Source of the DNA: the human T2T-CHM13v2.0 reference genome, Homo sapiens
Assembly: GCF_009914755.1 (NCBI RefSeq)
Contig: NC_060939.1
Length of the DNA stretch: 64,000 nt
Direction: 5' to 3' (one strand)
The stretch's first letter is position 1. Each line of letters opens with the position of its first letter. Shown here one piece after another: positions 14,914-29,902 of the stretch. The notes beneath the pieces were generated by a model. The model ran no database searches. It was not told the origin of the DNA and saw only the letters and a list, made by a program, of their open reading frames with translations. A program made the translations under genes and the position numbers.

Positions 14914-15538
14914 TGTCATTGTAGTTTTTAAAAGGCGTTTTCTAAACAGGTGGTGTTCAAGGAAAACCTTCACCTCTAGGACTGACAAGCTCCTTGATAT
15001 TTGGGGGTTGGGGTCTAATCTTCAGTAGTACTTAGTCCAGAAGCCAAACCAGTTTACCTGGAGGTCTCAGCTCCTAGAAAGTGGAGTAATGCCATAAAGT
15101 ATCTAAAACACTGTAAAAAAGATGATCTTATTTGATATTTATATAACAAATCTATTTTATGGATGAAGAAACTGAGCCTCAGGGAAGGAAGTGATTTACT
15201 TGCTTAGTCCCTCAGCTGAGCTTTTCTCTTTTCTCTGCCCACAGTCTTGATTGCTCAGCCAGTGTAAGTTAGGGTTATCTGAGAGGTGGAATGATGGATG
15301 AGAATGTTAAAGGATTGTTTGAAGAGTGGGTTGGGAGGTGCAGTTCTAGCAACTTCAAACCTGATTGACTTCTCTGCTCCTGTGCTCTGGGGAGTTTCTG
15401 GTCTCAATAGCCCAGTTCAAGCATCTAAACAGGGCATCCTTTCCTTTTGATAGTGTTGAGGAGGCTCCTCAGTGTCTTGCCCATTCCCTCATTCTGCCAC
15501 AGTGCTCCACCTCCCACACTGTTAAGAGCAGCAGCCTT

Positions 15539-15844
15539 GGCTGGTCGTGGTGGCTCACGTCTGTAATCGCAGCACTTTAGGAGGCTGAGGCGGGTGGATT
15601 GCTTGAGGTCAGGAGTTCGAGACCAGCTTGGCCAATGTGGTGAAACCCCATCTCTACTAAAAATACAAAAATTAGCTGGGCATGGTGATGGGCGCCTGTA
15701 ACTCCAGCTACTCAGAGGCTGAGGTGGGAGAATTGTTTGAACCCAGGAGGCAGAGGTTGCAGTGAGCTGAGATTGCGCCACTGCACTCCAGAGCCTGGGC
15801 AACAGAGTGAGACTTTGTCATACACACACACACACACACAAAAA
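15539..15844 (+). mobile_element. AluS with (CA)n tail
   Basis: Full dimer; tail TA(CA)nAAAA; degenerate TSD CAGCAGCCTT/CACCAGCCTT. Confidence 0.95.
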
Positions 15845-16743
15845 CACCAGCCTTTTCTTTGTTTTTACCAATCTAATATCCTCTCCATTCTTCCATCAAG
15901 AGCTCAAGAGTAATATAGTAATGGCCCTTGGATATTAAGCACCTACACTTCTGGCCTATTAGCCCTAATTCTTATAGGACCACTTCAAACTATTGTCATC
16001 AATACTTTGCATTGAATGCAATATAATTACCCAAGCCCTCAGAGCCTAAAGCATTAGATTGGAACTCAGCTGTGTCAGATGAATAAATTATTTTCAGGTT
16101 GTATAGCAGAAAGTTCCTTTCTGGGACATAGGTACATATAGCAACAAATTCTGTCCCTGTTGTGTAGGCTCTAGGACCCCTTTCAAACATCCTTCCTCCT
16201 TGGTTTTAGATTTGGGGTTTTAGTTTGATTTCTGAATCTACAGGATTTAATGTGCAGTTTCTAGGAGGCAAAAAGAAGTTAGTTGTACCTGTAAATTAGA
16301 ATGTTAAATTCTCCCCTCTAACCTCTTTCTATGTAAGGAAGTATATATCCACTTGATAGACTCAGGCCATTTGTGAATCAATAAACCTAGGACTGTCATT
16401 CTGAAAAATTGTTACAATTTCTAAGAACAAATGGAATGCTTTAAAAAAATGTAGGGGTAAGTATATCCCATTTGATCTACTTTGGAGAGAGGGTAAGTGC
16501 TTTATTACCTGCTGATTACCATAATAAAACATCTCTGTTCTTCAGAGAAACATAAAATGTAAAAGATCTTAAAGTATAGTAGCTTACTTCTGGTAGGGGA
16601 TTTAGGAGATTCAGTTGTGATTTGCAAAGGGAGAATACCCATGGAGTCTAAATTTCAGGGCCAACCACAGCAAAAACCATAGCTTACCTGCCGGCAAAGA
16701 TTTGATGACTTTCTCTCCCTGCTCTTCCCTTCTCCACCCTTAG

Positions 16744-16848
16744 CCAAATTAGAAGCAGACATTTTAGGGAGCTTAAGCAATGAAAATCTGAGGCAGTGCT
16801 GATAGAATTGAGGCGTGCTTTCTTGGAAGCATTTTCATTTTTATACAG
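16744..16848 (+). other. Candidate 105-nt non-coding/poison exon
   Basis: TGAC branch-like motif, ~33-nt pyrimidine tract (16709-16741), TAG acceptor (16741-16743) and CAG|GTAAGA donor (16846-16854). Stops in all three frames. Confidence 0.35.
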
Positions 16849-17604
16849 GTAAGATGTTGGGAGTGGGAGAAGGTTGTCCTGTTACAGTAAATCATGTGTG
16901 TGCCAAGATTGAGTGGTGGGTGGGGTTGAAACCTTGGCTCGCTGTGCTGTGAATAGTCCTTAAGGTGGTGATGGTGGCATTCTCAACAAATCTGTCACCT
17001 AGTGGGCCCATGTCCAGAAAAGGACAGCATATATGATTGAAGTGATAGTGCACCTTCACTGGGAGGGGCTGTTCCAGAGATTAGAGGTCTATAGGCAGAC
17101 TAAGACAAGGGCCTGAAGGAGGATGTGATTAAAGTCAGCATCACTCTGAAAGGGCATCAGCAGAGGGAGTGCAGTTTGTCTACCAAATACCTGAGCACTG
17201 GAATTAGTGGGCATCTTGGAAACTAGAAGAAGGTAGTTCCAGTGCCTGGTGGGGCCGGGTGGGTAACCCGAGGGGCTCATTATCTCAGGTGAACCACTCG
17301 GACATTGAGCATCTACCTGGCATGAAGCACTCATTGGGAGAGATTTCTAATGTTTAAGGAGTGCTTCTTGCTGTCTATCTGGCCATCATCTACCCTTTTG
17401 TTTGCTTCTTTTATTTATTAAACACTAACTGAAGACATACCATGTGCCAGAAGACCATTAACTGATGACATCCAGGCCCCTTTTAGGCACAGGAGACCAA
17501 AAAAAAAAAAAAAGACTAAAAGTCAATTTTGACTTAACTACTAAACCTCCAACTGCTCATTTTGCAGATGCATGTAAATACTTACACTACAATAAATAAA
17601 TTCA

Positions 17605-18028
<424 letters not shown>

Positions 18029-19751
18029 CTAAGAACCAATTACATAAAATGAGGTATGCAGGTAGAGAGAGGTGCAGGGCGTTATGAGAATATGGACAAG
18101 CAGCCCTTTCTCTGAAGGAGGGGAGGAAAGAAGTGTTAACCATAATCTGGCCATTTTGGGACTGTGATGGGTGGTGGTGAAGAAGGCAGGAGGTGAGAAA
18201 ATGCTTGCAGAAGCCAGGACCTGGACTTTGGAACTCTGAGAAGTCCAGCATAGTGGGAGTTTTAGGAGTGGTGAGGGACTTGAGAGATAAGCATGTGCCA
18301 GAATGCAATGGGCCTTTCTGCCTAGGGCGGCATTTGGATTTGATCTCGAAGGGCCTTAGTCAGGGGATTCACTGGGTCAGGATGCATGATCCGGGTGGAA
18401 AGGCAGAATTAATATACTCATGGGGAAGATCACCAGGGAGTTCAGACAGTAACAGAGCCAAGATATGCTCATATGTCCCTAATGCTTCATCGGGGCACAT
18501 TGGGATCTGGAGGTATTTCCCCAGTCCAACTCAGCTCTGTTATTCCACTGAGGTTTGCTCTGGTCCCTGCTCATGACAGATCAAGAGGATGACTACCCAG
18601 GTCAGGTGAGAGTCATGTGCTTTAGGAACTAGGCTGTGAACTTCTAAAGTCAAAATAAGAAACTGACTTAAATTTTCGCACGGGGCTGGGGATGATGGGC
18701 AGTGGTGAAAAGTGGGTAGGTAATCAAGAGTCACCCCGAGTAGATGATTTTTATACCTGTGTTAGGGGTATGAGGTTTCACTGAACTATTCTCTCTACTT
18801 TTGTATATGTTTAAAAGGTTCCATAACAACATTAAAAATAGGAAGAATAATAGCGTCATGGATTTTCATGAGAATTAAATGAGGTAACACAAGTAAATAT
18901 CTTGTATTGACTATTGCTATTATTGGCCACTGTCTTGGCTGAATTTCACCTTCCTTCCTCATTCTGTTATTTCTTGCTCTCGACTTTCTTGGCCTATTCT
19001 GTTTCCGGCCTGGAATTTGCCTTGTGGATTTTGGACAGTTTAGCTTTTCTGGTTTTGACCCTGGATGGTGCTCCCAAGGACACTGCCTGTGTATCTTCTC
19101 TGGTCCATCCTGCTCAGGGAACCACCCCTTCCAGCTCCCCAATCGTATTGCCTACCTGGGGTCAGCCCCACTGGATTGAACCTTGTTTGCTCAGGGGTGT
19201 GTGTGTGTGTGTTGGAGGGGAGAGGAGGGGATTGAGATGGAAAGAGAATGAGCCATAGACGGCACACCTGACAATATCCCCCTTTATACAGTGGGTAGCT
19301 TCCTGAAATGTTTTGTGACAATTCAGTTTTCATTGCATTATATTTTTATATATAGGTGTGTATATATACAACAGTAAAGTATGTGAATCTGTGAGCCCAT
19401 AGACATTATTACATGGATATTTATTGTAACTTCAAGATGTTTGTTTTCATTTTGGATGGGCCCTCGACTATCAGTGACTGTCAGCCTTTTTATGTATTTA
19501 TTTTTGGCTACTCCAGCTGCTTTGCTATATTGTGGATTATTTGTGAACAAATATTTTAATATACTAGATAAAAAGACTATTTAAAGGAACCCTTGGCGAA
19601 TACTTTCATAAGATGCAAAGAGTGTTTATTTAGGACTCGTTAAGTGCCAGACATTATGCTGGGCCCTTTCTTGTCCCTCACTGATCTGTAAGATAATCCT
19701 TTTGAAGTAAGTGTTATCTTCATTTTTACTTTTTCAAAATCACATGCTTAA

Positions 19752-20157
<406 letters not shown>

Positions 20158-20164
20158 TATATAC

Positions 20165-20600
20165 TAGGATCCTTTTGGTTGCAAGTAAAAGAAGACCTAC
20201 CCCAGACTGATTCAAATAACAAAGATAATTTACTGGTTTTTGTGACTGAGAAGTCCAACCATGGGGTGTGTTTCAGGTATGGTTCAATCCAGGGATTCGT
20301 GTTGGTATTAGGGATCTGATCCCTTGTCCTAGGACTGTCTTGGCTCTGCCTTCCTATGTATGTGGGCCTCACCATCATGCTGTCTTCAACTCATGGTGAC
20401 AAAAACAGCCTCAGAAGATTCAGGCCTTACGAATGAACGCCACATCAACCATAGAAGAGCCAGCAACTTTGACCCAGGATTACAAGCAGAAGTCATGAAA
20501 TTCACTAAGACTAGATTGACTCAAGTCATGTGTTTGCCTTAAACCAGTCATTGTGGCCAGAGAAATGGACTGGCTACAGTGACTTGGCTTGACCTAGGAT
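20165..20600. mobile_element. Old MLT1 (ERVL-MaLR) LTR fragment
   Basis: TTTTGGTTGCAAGTAAAAGAAGACC...TTCAGGTATGGTTCAATCCAGGG...AAACCAGTCATTGTGGCCAG resembles MLT1J/K/L. Confidence 0.6.
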
Positions 20601-20904
20601 ATGTGACCTAGGACATATGTCAGCTTCAGAAATATAATCAAGGAGAGATTGTTTGCTAGGAGGAAATGAGTGCTGGAGAGGCCATCCACAGATGGCCACT
20701 ACAGGGACAGGGCTAGGATGGGCATGTATTGCTCTCTGTCTGGCTCCAGAGCCTTTTAATTTTCCCCATAGCAGTGTTTAATAGCTTCTCTGTTGGTGCC
20801 ATTCCTCAGGAAGCCTTTGGTCTTAAGTCACTCCCTAGTGGTTGCCCACATCATCAAATTGTTCAGAAACTCTATATTCTCAACTCTAAAACAAGGAGGT
20901 TGGA

Positions 20905-21545
<641 letters not shown>

Positions 21546-22495
21546 TTGGGCTATTCAGGGGCTGGGGCTGGCGTGGAGGGTAGTAGGGCCCATGAGGTCC
21601 TTTCTGGCCTTGACAGACTCTGATGTCGTCAGAATTAATGAGGCCTCGGTCCTGATCTCTGAGAGAGCTGTAAGATAAGTTAGCTATCACGCTTTGTATA
21701 ATAATCATTTGTGTTCTTAGAGTGGCGAATCTCCATTTGAGCCTGCTCTTCATGTTCATCCAAATTTCAGATTCCTTAAAAATGATATTTCTTGTTTCTC
21801 CAGACCTTTTAAAAAATATTGTGGAAGGTTCTTCCCTGTAATAGGTGAGTCCTGGTTGGTCCAAGCCCAGTTCAGTGCCTCTTCCCTAGTCTCCCCCAGC
21901 CTCCCAAACTCATAGCGCCTCTTCCTCTGGGTTCGCCAACACTCGTGGTCTCTGCCTCCTGTGGGGCATCTGCTTCCTTAGCCATCTTTCTGTGGGACTT
22001 TTCCAAAAGGTTATAAGTGGTGATTACTGGAAAAGGAGGTGTGGGTTGCTCATGGATTCCTAGAATGGCTTGTTTCCACAGACACCTGGAAGAAAAACCA
22101 ACACTGTGTGTACAAGGAAGGATCATGCTTTCCTGAAAAAACAGACAGATTCCATAGTCTTTTAAAGGTTCTAAATTGAGGCGTGCTTTGGAATAGTTTT
22201 CATTTCCTGGAGACCGCTTCTGGCTTATCTGCCACTGCGCCATCCTACATTTTTTCCATCAACTCTGTCATCATCATCTACCCTTTTAAGAGAAAAATCT
22301 TTTAAAAGCAAGTGGGAGTAGAAAAGCTTTTTTTTTTTTTTCTTCCCCCCCTCTAATCACAGCCTGAAGTTTCCTTCCATTCCTAGAATGGCAGGTTCTA
22401 ATGGAAGTAAGAGATGGTGTCAGGATTAGCTAACTTTATTCTTAGTTTTTTTTTCCTTATCAATGCTAGTGGCAACACATTGATTGTGTTAATAA

Positions 22496-22836
<341 letters not shown>

Positions 22837-23112
22837 TGTTATGCTTTTTCTTTTATTGACTGATGTGTACAGAAAAATTGGGGGGTGAAGAACAGTACAT
22901 TTCTTAACTCTTCCAAAAATTGCTTGTTGCAATAACAAGGCACTGAAACAACACAAAAAGTCCACATTTGTCTGTTGAAGAGGAAAGAGGGAAAGAGAAA
23001 AAGGATGGAGGAAAAGGTGGGTTATCAGGCTAGGCAACATTTCCAGTGAGGCAGCATCTTTTTAACCTTGCATTTGCATAGTGTCTCTTGAATCCAACTC
23101 TCTTTCTTTCTC

Positions 23113-23114
<2 letters not shown>

Positions 23115-23146
<32 letters not shown>
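23115..23146. repeat. (TG)16 microsatellite
   Basis: Direct reading. Confidence 0.96.
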
Positions 23147-23148
<2 letters not shown>

Positions 23149-26100
23149 ACTGTGTCTCAATGTGTTCTTTCCTGGGTTTTGTGGCAGGGTTCCAGGGACA
23201 GCAGAGCTGCAAATCTCCTGCAAATTTGCATATCCTTTTTATGCTCAAGTGAATCAATAGTGAACAATTGTTCCCTGTTCTTGGACAGCAGCCTGAAATC
23301 CATATTGCTCTGTGTGCATTGGTGAAATTTGGTAATCTCAGAACTCAGAACTCGAGCCCATCCTGGCTGAGGTGTAGTGGCAGGGCCTTATTCTGATTGG
23401 GCACTCAATAAATATTTGTCAAATGGATATCCGGAATATCAAACCAAAGTTGGGGGTGTTTGTATCCCAGACTGGTGCTGTCAATTCTTTCACCATGCTT
23501 GGGAGAGAGTGCCAGAAGAGGACTTGGCAATGTCTCAGCATTCCAGGTCTTTGGACTGTATTTCCTTTCTGTGCTCTGCTGGTTCTATGAAGCAGTAGAG
23601 CCAGAAATTCAGGACATGAGGTGGGGCTGGAACATTCTGGAATCTTGGAAACTTGATGAAGTGGGAGCAGCTGTTTCTGATTCTTGGGGGAAGAGCAAGT
23701 CCTCTGCTTTGACACAGTGAGGCTGGCCTGCCTGGCACAGTGTGGAGAGGGAGGTCGGCACTGATTTCTGTCTTCACTACCTCTGACGGGGGCTCTTTCC
23801 TGACCTGTTGGTGACAGAAGGAGTTGCTGCAAACCACTTGGCTTTGATGAAATCGATTCTTGCTGGAGATTTTCCTTTAAGAAGCCTCCAGACAAGTGAG
23901 CTGGGGCACGGCTAATCTTCATCTGTGTTGGGTTCTTGGAGTGGATTGAAAAGTGCTGATAGAGATATTGTGATTGGTGTTTGGTTTGCTTTTTCTCTGA
24001 TTGAACAGCAACTATTTGGATTCAGCCTTTTGCTTGTGCTGTGTTAATTTTGGTATTTCATTTCTTGCTCCATAGTTGTGAACTACTAAGATGTTCTGGA
24101 AAGGCAAACCAGAAAGCTGGGAAGTGTTCTGGACTGGCTTCTCAGGAGATAGTCTTCCTGGGGGCATGTTGTCTGAAGGTTTGTTTTTTCTATCCAGTTG
24201 CAAGGACAGCATAGAGAGCCCCTCTTAGCATAAAGCCAATGAGAGTGTGAGTAGTTCATGAGGCCATCTTGGCACCATGGCCAGTGTGGAGGAAAGGCAA
24301 AATCAGTTTGGTCAGTGGCCACACAGCGAAGGCGGAGTCCTTTAGAGCAAGGGGAGCTTTGAGATCTATCTCTAGCAGCCACATGGCTTACAATAAAGCT
24401 CAACCTTGAAAGCATTTACAGACTAGAGCAATGAGGAGAACAAATCTCCTGGTAGTAATGTGAGATGCAGAGGCCATGAGGAGGCATGCTGCATTTCTGT
24501 TGCCAAGCCCTTGGTCCGTAATACTGCAGTTTGTTTACAAGCCCCTGCTGATAGTCTGTGGACCTCTTGAGAACCTATTTAGGAACCAGGAAAAGACCAG
24601 CGTTAATCAGGGAGGAAAGGGGATAAAGAAGCAGTATTGAAACACTGAATCTGGCCGTTTACCAAAGAAACTGCTATTCCTTATGAAGGGAGGATTAACT
24701 GTTAATAAGCTCCCAATTATTATAGGTAAATATGTATTTGTAAAGATACCTGCTTTATTCTGTAGATCACTCATAGTGATTTTTAAAATTTTTCAGCCCT
24801 TTCATTTCTCTACTTTGTTGAAAAACATGTTCAGATACTGTTAATGTTGACCCCAACTGGGATGTCAAAATCCTTGTGCAGATAAGGGACATGTCATGCC
24901 ACACATACAAAAGGATTAGACTGTCTAGGATAGTATCAATCTTGTGGCTACGTTGACATCTTTGTGGCTCGTATGTGAACACACACACACATTTTGTCAT
25001 ATTCAGTGGACATAGTACTGGGTCCTGCATGACCCCTCAACTTACTCATGAGCTCCTGATCATCTCTGTGATGGGGGTAAATCCCAACCTCTGTTTATTC
25101 ATGTTCCTCATTTAAATCTCACAGATGTACTCCCAGAGTGCTCCGAAGGTATCTGGAGCTACAGGTATGAAAGGGGATATAAAAGACTTTGAAGGTGGCT
25201 GGAACCTATTGTTCGGTGGATGCCTTGGGCTGTGTTTTTTCATGTTTTCCATTCTGGTGTTGCCCCCAGGATGATATTTGAAAGGTGTGGATGTTTACTT
25301 TTTAGAACACAGGAGTTAGTCTTGCATCTTCCTTGGAAGGACTTCAGCAATCTGCAAATGGAAAGTAGCCTGATAAATTTCTGATCCTCATCCAGCTGTT
25401 ACTGCCAGTCTGGTTGTGAAATGTGACAGGGCCGTGGCCAATTGTGTGATGTTGGAATATGTTGCCTCTGAAATTGCTGTCTATCCTCTACATTGCTATG
25501 TGAATTAAGAAGGAGTGACTGGCAGTGATCAGGAGGTCTAAATCGCATTTTGCATCTGCCTATACAGGAGTTATTGGTTTTCCATTTATCACAAGATATT
25601 CTTCCAGGGGCCCTTTGCAAGGGGTTGCAAACATATGGAGCTTCATTCCAGCCCGAGACTATGCTTGTGGAAAGATACTTAAAAGTATAAAATAGGACAC
25701 AGATGACAACTAATATCGATAATGAGACAAGAAAATTATGGTCCTGGATGTCTGCCCTCGGAGGGATTAGGACTCCAGCCTGAGTCTGGAAGACCAGACA
25801 GGATTTGAAAAATGGAGAGAGCAAGGGAGGAACATTTCAGGCAGGGGAATGACACACAAATGAGGAGCTAGGAGTAGATGGAGTATGTTGGGGACAGTTA
25901 TAGAGTCTTACAAAGTGGGTTTATGTATGTCCTAAGAGAATCGGGTAAAATGGGATGGAAAAGTAGGAGTGGGGTAGACATCATAACGCTTTGGATGACA
26001 GAAACCCCAAATTGGCTTAAACAATAAAGACAATGCATTGGCTCAATAACTGGAAAAAGACCTACTTTTCAAGTTGCACACAGGGTTCTCTAGGTGTGTC

Positions 26101-26904
26101 TTCCTAGGCCTAGATTTCCTGGTGCTCACCAGAAGGCAGCTAGTAGTAGCCAGGGTTCCCTGGTTGTTCACTCACACCCATAACCATCAAACAAAAGACC
26201 TGACATTTATTCCGCCTAACTAACATGGCAGCCAGGGGAAATGCCATGTGCTTAGAATTGGGTTCCTGTTCATCCCACAGCTAATCAGAATACGGTTGAA
26301 ATTGTGCTGATTAGGTTATGCTGGTAAACATCAACCTCTGGAGCTAAGTTTGGGGCCAGATCCTGTGGCTGCTATGTAGTGATTTCCCAAAGGAAAATCT
26401 ATCCAGGCAGAAAGGAATGGTAGGATGGAGGGTGGATTTACAACAAAAATAATGTCGACTCAAGGATAAAATTATGGGTGGATTTGAATCCTAGGGTAAA
26501 TAATCTTGAGGAATCCAAGACTTTATTCTATAGTTAGATCCACTTGGAGTTATTACTGTATCTGTCTTGGTCCTTGATAGGAGTGTGTAATGGTTTGCCA
26601 CTGGTCTTAACTATATCTGCTTATGCCCAGAAAAGTTCTTTGGTAGCTAGTTTGCTTTCTTATCCTCATCTGCTTTAGCTGTTTAGTAGGACTGTACATG
26701 TAGAGTCAATTAGCTGCCTTTAATTGAGACCCTACGGAGTGTAAAACATGAATGGCTTTGGAGGGAGACCTTTCCTTCTTCCTGTAGGGCTCCCTGAGAG
26801 CCATACTCCAGTTACTTAAGATTCTTCTGTTCGGTTATTCCATTTAGTCTTCCATTTGTTCAGATTAACACTAATCACAAATCATGTGGGATCGCTGAAG
26901 TTTA

Positions 26905-27036
26905 TTTATTATTATTTTAATTGAGACAGGGTTTCACTTTAATTGAGGCTGGTTTCTAATACCTGTACCCAAGCAGTCCTTCCACCTCAGCCTCCCAAAG
27001 TGTTGGGATTACAGGTGTGAGCCACCGCCCCTGGCC
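26905..27036 (-). mobile_element. FLAM_C-like Alu monomer
   Basis: Left-monomer sequence only; TSD CTGAAGTTTA at 26895-26904 and 27038-27047. Confidence 0.88.
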
Positions 27037-27082
27037 ACTGAAGTTTAATAGTGCCACTCAGAGGCCTGCCATGCATGCCATG

Positions 27083-27235
27083 CATCCATCCATCCATCCA
27101 TCCATCCATCCATCCATCCATCCAGTGAGTTCCTGCTATGTGCCAAGAACTCTGCTGGCCACTAGAGGCGAAATCTAGGTATGGCACATGGTCCCTACTC
27201 AAGAGCTCCAGTCTGGTTGGGGAATTTGACAAATC
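27083..27235 (-). mobile_element. L2 3' end with (CATC)n tail
   Basis: About ten CATC units, then GAGTTCCTGCTATGTGCCAAG...GGTCCCTACTCAAGAGCTCCAGTCTGG. Confidence 0.7.
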
Positions 27236-27504
27236 TACAATTTTGAATTTATGTGGTATATACTGTATGTAGTGTGCTGTGGAAGTTTAGAGAAGAGTGG
27301 TTTCTCTCAACCGGAGGTGTCAGCTGATAACATTGTTTAGTAGAAATGATGTTTAAAATGGGCTTAGGGAATTGGATAGGGCAGGGGGCAGATGTTTAGG
27401 CAGAGGGAAACATGATAAATGAATCAAGGCCACAATGATGTCATTTCCAGGAAGCCACAGGTGTTGTTTTATAGCTAAGTCTTAAATAGCTGCGAGGTGG
27501 AGTG

Positions 27505-27635
27505 GAAATGCAGATTCCCAAGCCTGCCACCTGAGATTCTGATCAATCGATTGGGAATGTGGTCTGGGCAACATACTTTAATCTACACTTTCTAGCTGGT
27601 TCTGATGATGGTGATCCAAGGAGTACCAGTCTGGG
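27505..27635. mobile_element. MER5A fragment
   Basis: AAATGCAGATTCCCAAGCC...GAGATTCTGATCAATC...GGTTCTGATG. Confidence 0.6.
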
Positions 27636-28404
27636 GTAAGAATTCAGGTATGGGGCTGGGAGGGTTGAGGGATGAGGCTTCAAATGTAGGCTGGGGTAGG
27701 GGAAGAGCAGGAGTCTGGAGAGAGTGGTCAGAGTGGTTAAGGAAGGATGGAGGAGAGCTTCCAGGTCTGAGTGGTCAGCAGGATCTTGTAGGAAGTTAAA
27801 GGCATCAGCCAGCAGAGTATGTAATGTCCAACAGAGCATACTTACAACAGGAAATAATAGTTTAGGTTTATTTTTGCAGAGATGAGCTAAAACATATTTA
27901 CAGGGGGGAAAATACCTCTCGGAATAATGACTTGGCTCTAAACTCATGCAGCCGAAAATTCAGGTTCCAAACTTCAAGTGCAATTCTTAGTCTGCAAGTC
28001 GGCCTCCCAGTTGGAAATTATTTATCTTTGTTATATTAGCTCAGTGATTTTGGAATGCTCTTGAGTAACTTTGGAGGCCACTCTACAAATTGCTTGATTC
28101 ATTATTTAAAAATATGATCGATTCAAGACAGAATAAATGTTCAGAATACTGAGTATTTTTCAGTATTTAGAATAATACTGAATCCACATGGGTGGTGCAT
28201 TAAAGGGGGTGTGCAGCATTTATGCAGTAAGGATATTTGGGGGGTCACTTAAATTGGGCCTCTTTTCATAGAATTGTTAAGACTTTGCAGGACATTTTAA
28301 TTTCTTCCCTTAGACAGGTAACCACAAGAATCTCCTCAAACTGTTCTTGATTTATTCTGCAAACTGCTTGGAGTTCCCCATCTCATGGATGGTGTACTGT
28401 AGAC

Positions 28405-28920
28405 TAGAGGTCCCCAACCTTTTTGGTTTTGTGGAAGACAATTTTTTCCTGGACCAGGGTCTGCAGGAATGGTTTCAGGATGATTCAAGCACATTATCTT
28501 TATTGTGTACTTTATTTCTATTATTATTACATTGCAATATATAATGAAATAATTATATAACTCACCATAATGTAGAATCAGTGGGAGCCCTGAGCTTGTT
28601 TTCCTGAAACTAGAAAGTCCCATCTGGGGTTGATGGGAGACAGTGACAGATCATCAGGCATTCGATTCTCATAAGGAGTGCACAGCCTAGGTCCCTCGCA
28701 TGGGTGGTTCACAATAGGGTTTGCAATCCTATGAGAATCTAATGCTGCCACCTGTCTGATAGGAGGCGGATCTCAGGTGGTAATGTGAGTGATGGGGAGC
28801 AGTTGTAAATACAGATGAAGCTTCGCTTGCTTGCCCACTGCTCACCACCTACTGTGTGGCGTGGTTCCTAACAGGGCACAGACTGGTACCAGTCCATGGC
28901 CTGGGGATTGGGGACCCCTG
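28405..28920 (+). mobile_element. MER1A (hAT-Charlie), near full length
   Basis: TIRs TAGAGGTCCCCAA and TTGGGGACCCCTG; perfect 8-bp TSD CTGTAGAC at 28397-28404 and 28921-28928. Confidence 0.93.
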
Positions 28921-28991
28921 CTGTAGACTGTACTTCTTAATTCCTGTGCAAGGATGATTTTTACTTACCTGGTGTTAAGAACCAGAGTTCA

Positions 28992-29314
<323 letters not shown>

Positions 29315-29609
29315 CTAGATTTCTGACTGGCTCTATGTTTTACAATATTATTACCCAGCTACCATTACAAGCTCAGTGGAAATGACTCAAAAAGTCACAC
29401 TTTTCAGTAGAGCTTTTAACTGCTTTGTGTCTTACATTGCATTGAATTCATTAGTTAAGTTTGAGAACAAGGGGCCACCTAGCAATAAAGTATGACAGCT
29501 GCTTCATCCTTGACATTAAAATTATTTATTGTTTTAGGCTTTAGAGTGTGGGTTGATAGAAGGTACAAGAAGGCACACTTAAAGACAAAACATTGACTTT
29601 ATTCGTCAG

Positions 29610-29810
29610 TTAGCCCAGTTAATCTTGACATTGTTCGCTTTTTGAGTCAGGTACTTCTTTGTTGTCGTGGGCTGTCTTGGGCTTTGCTGGATGTTTTGCA
29701 GCATCCTGGTTGCTATCTGCTAGACCCAGTTTTGACAATCAACAGATTTCTCTAGACATTATCAAATGTCCCCTAGGGAATAAAGTAACCCCTGGTCGAT
29801 AATCACTGAG
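29610..29810. mobile_element. MER20 (hAT) fragment
   Basis: GGATGTTTTGCAGCATCCTGG...TCTAGACATTATCAAATGTCCCCTAGGG...AATCACTG. Confidence 0.7.
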
Positions 29811-29902
29811 TTAGCAGAGACAAGAAAGCCTTTTATGGGCTATATTTTTATTCTATTGTTAATCTGTCTTTTGAGAAATTTGTTTTGACTATTAAATACA
29901 TA

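Noticed and set aside
23419-23922. 167-aa - strand ORF
   Set aside because: No recognisable homology, non-repeat support or splice context; compatible with chance in 64 kb across six frames.
28961-28972. Perfect - strand splice donor CAG|GTAAGT (similar at about 5603, 16683, 50674, 59066)
   Set aside because: I found no paired acceptor or reading frame. They show that isolated donors occur by chance, which tempers the + strand splice candidates.
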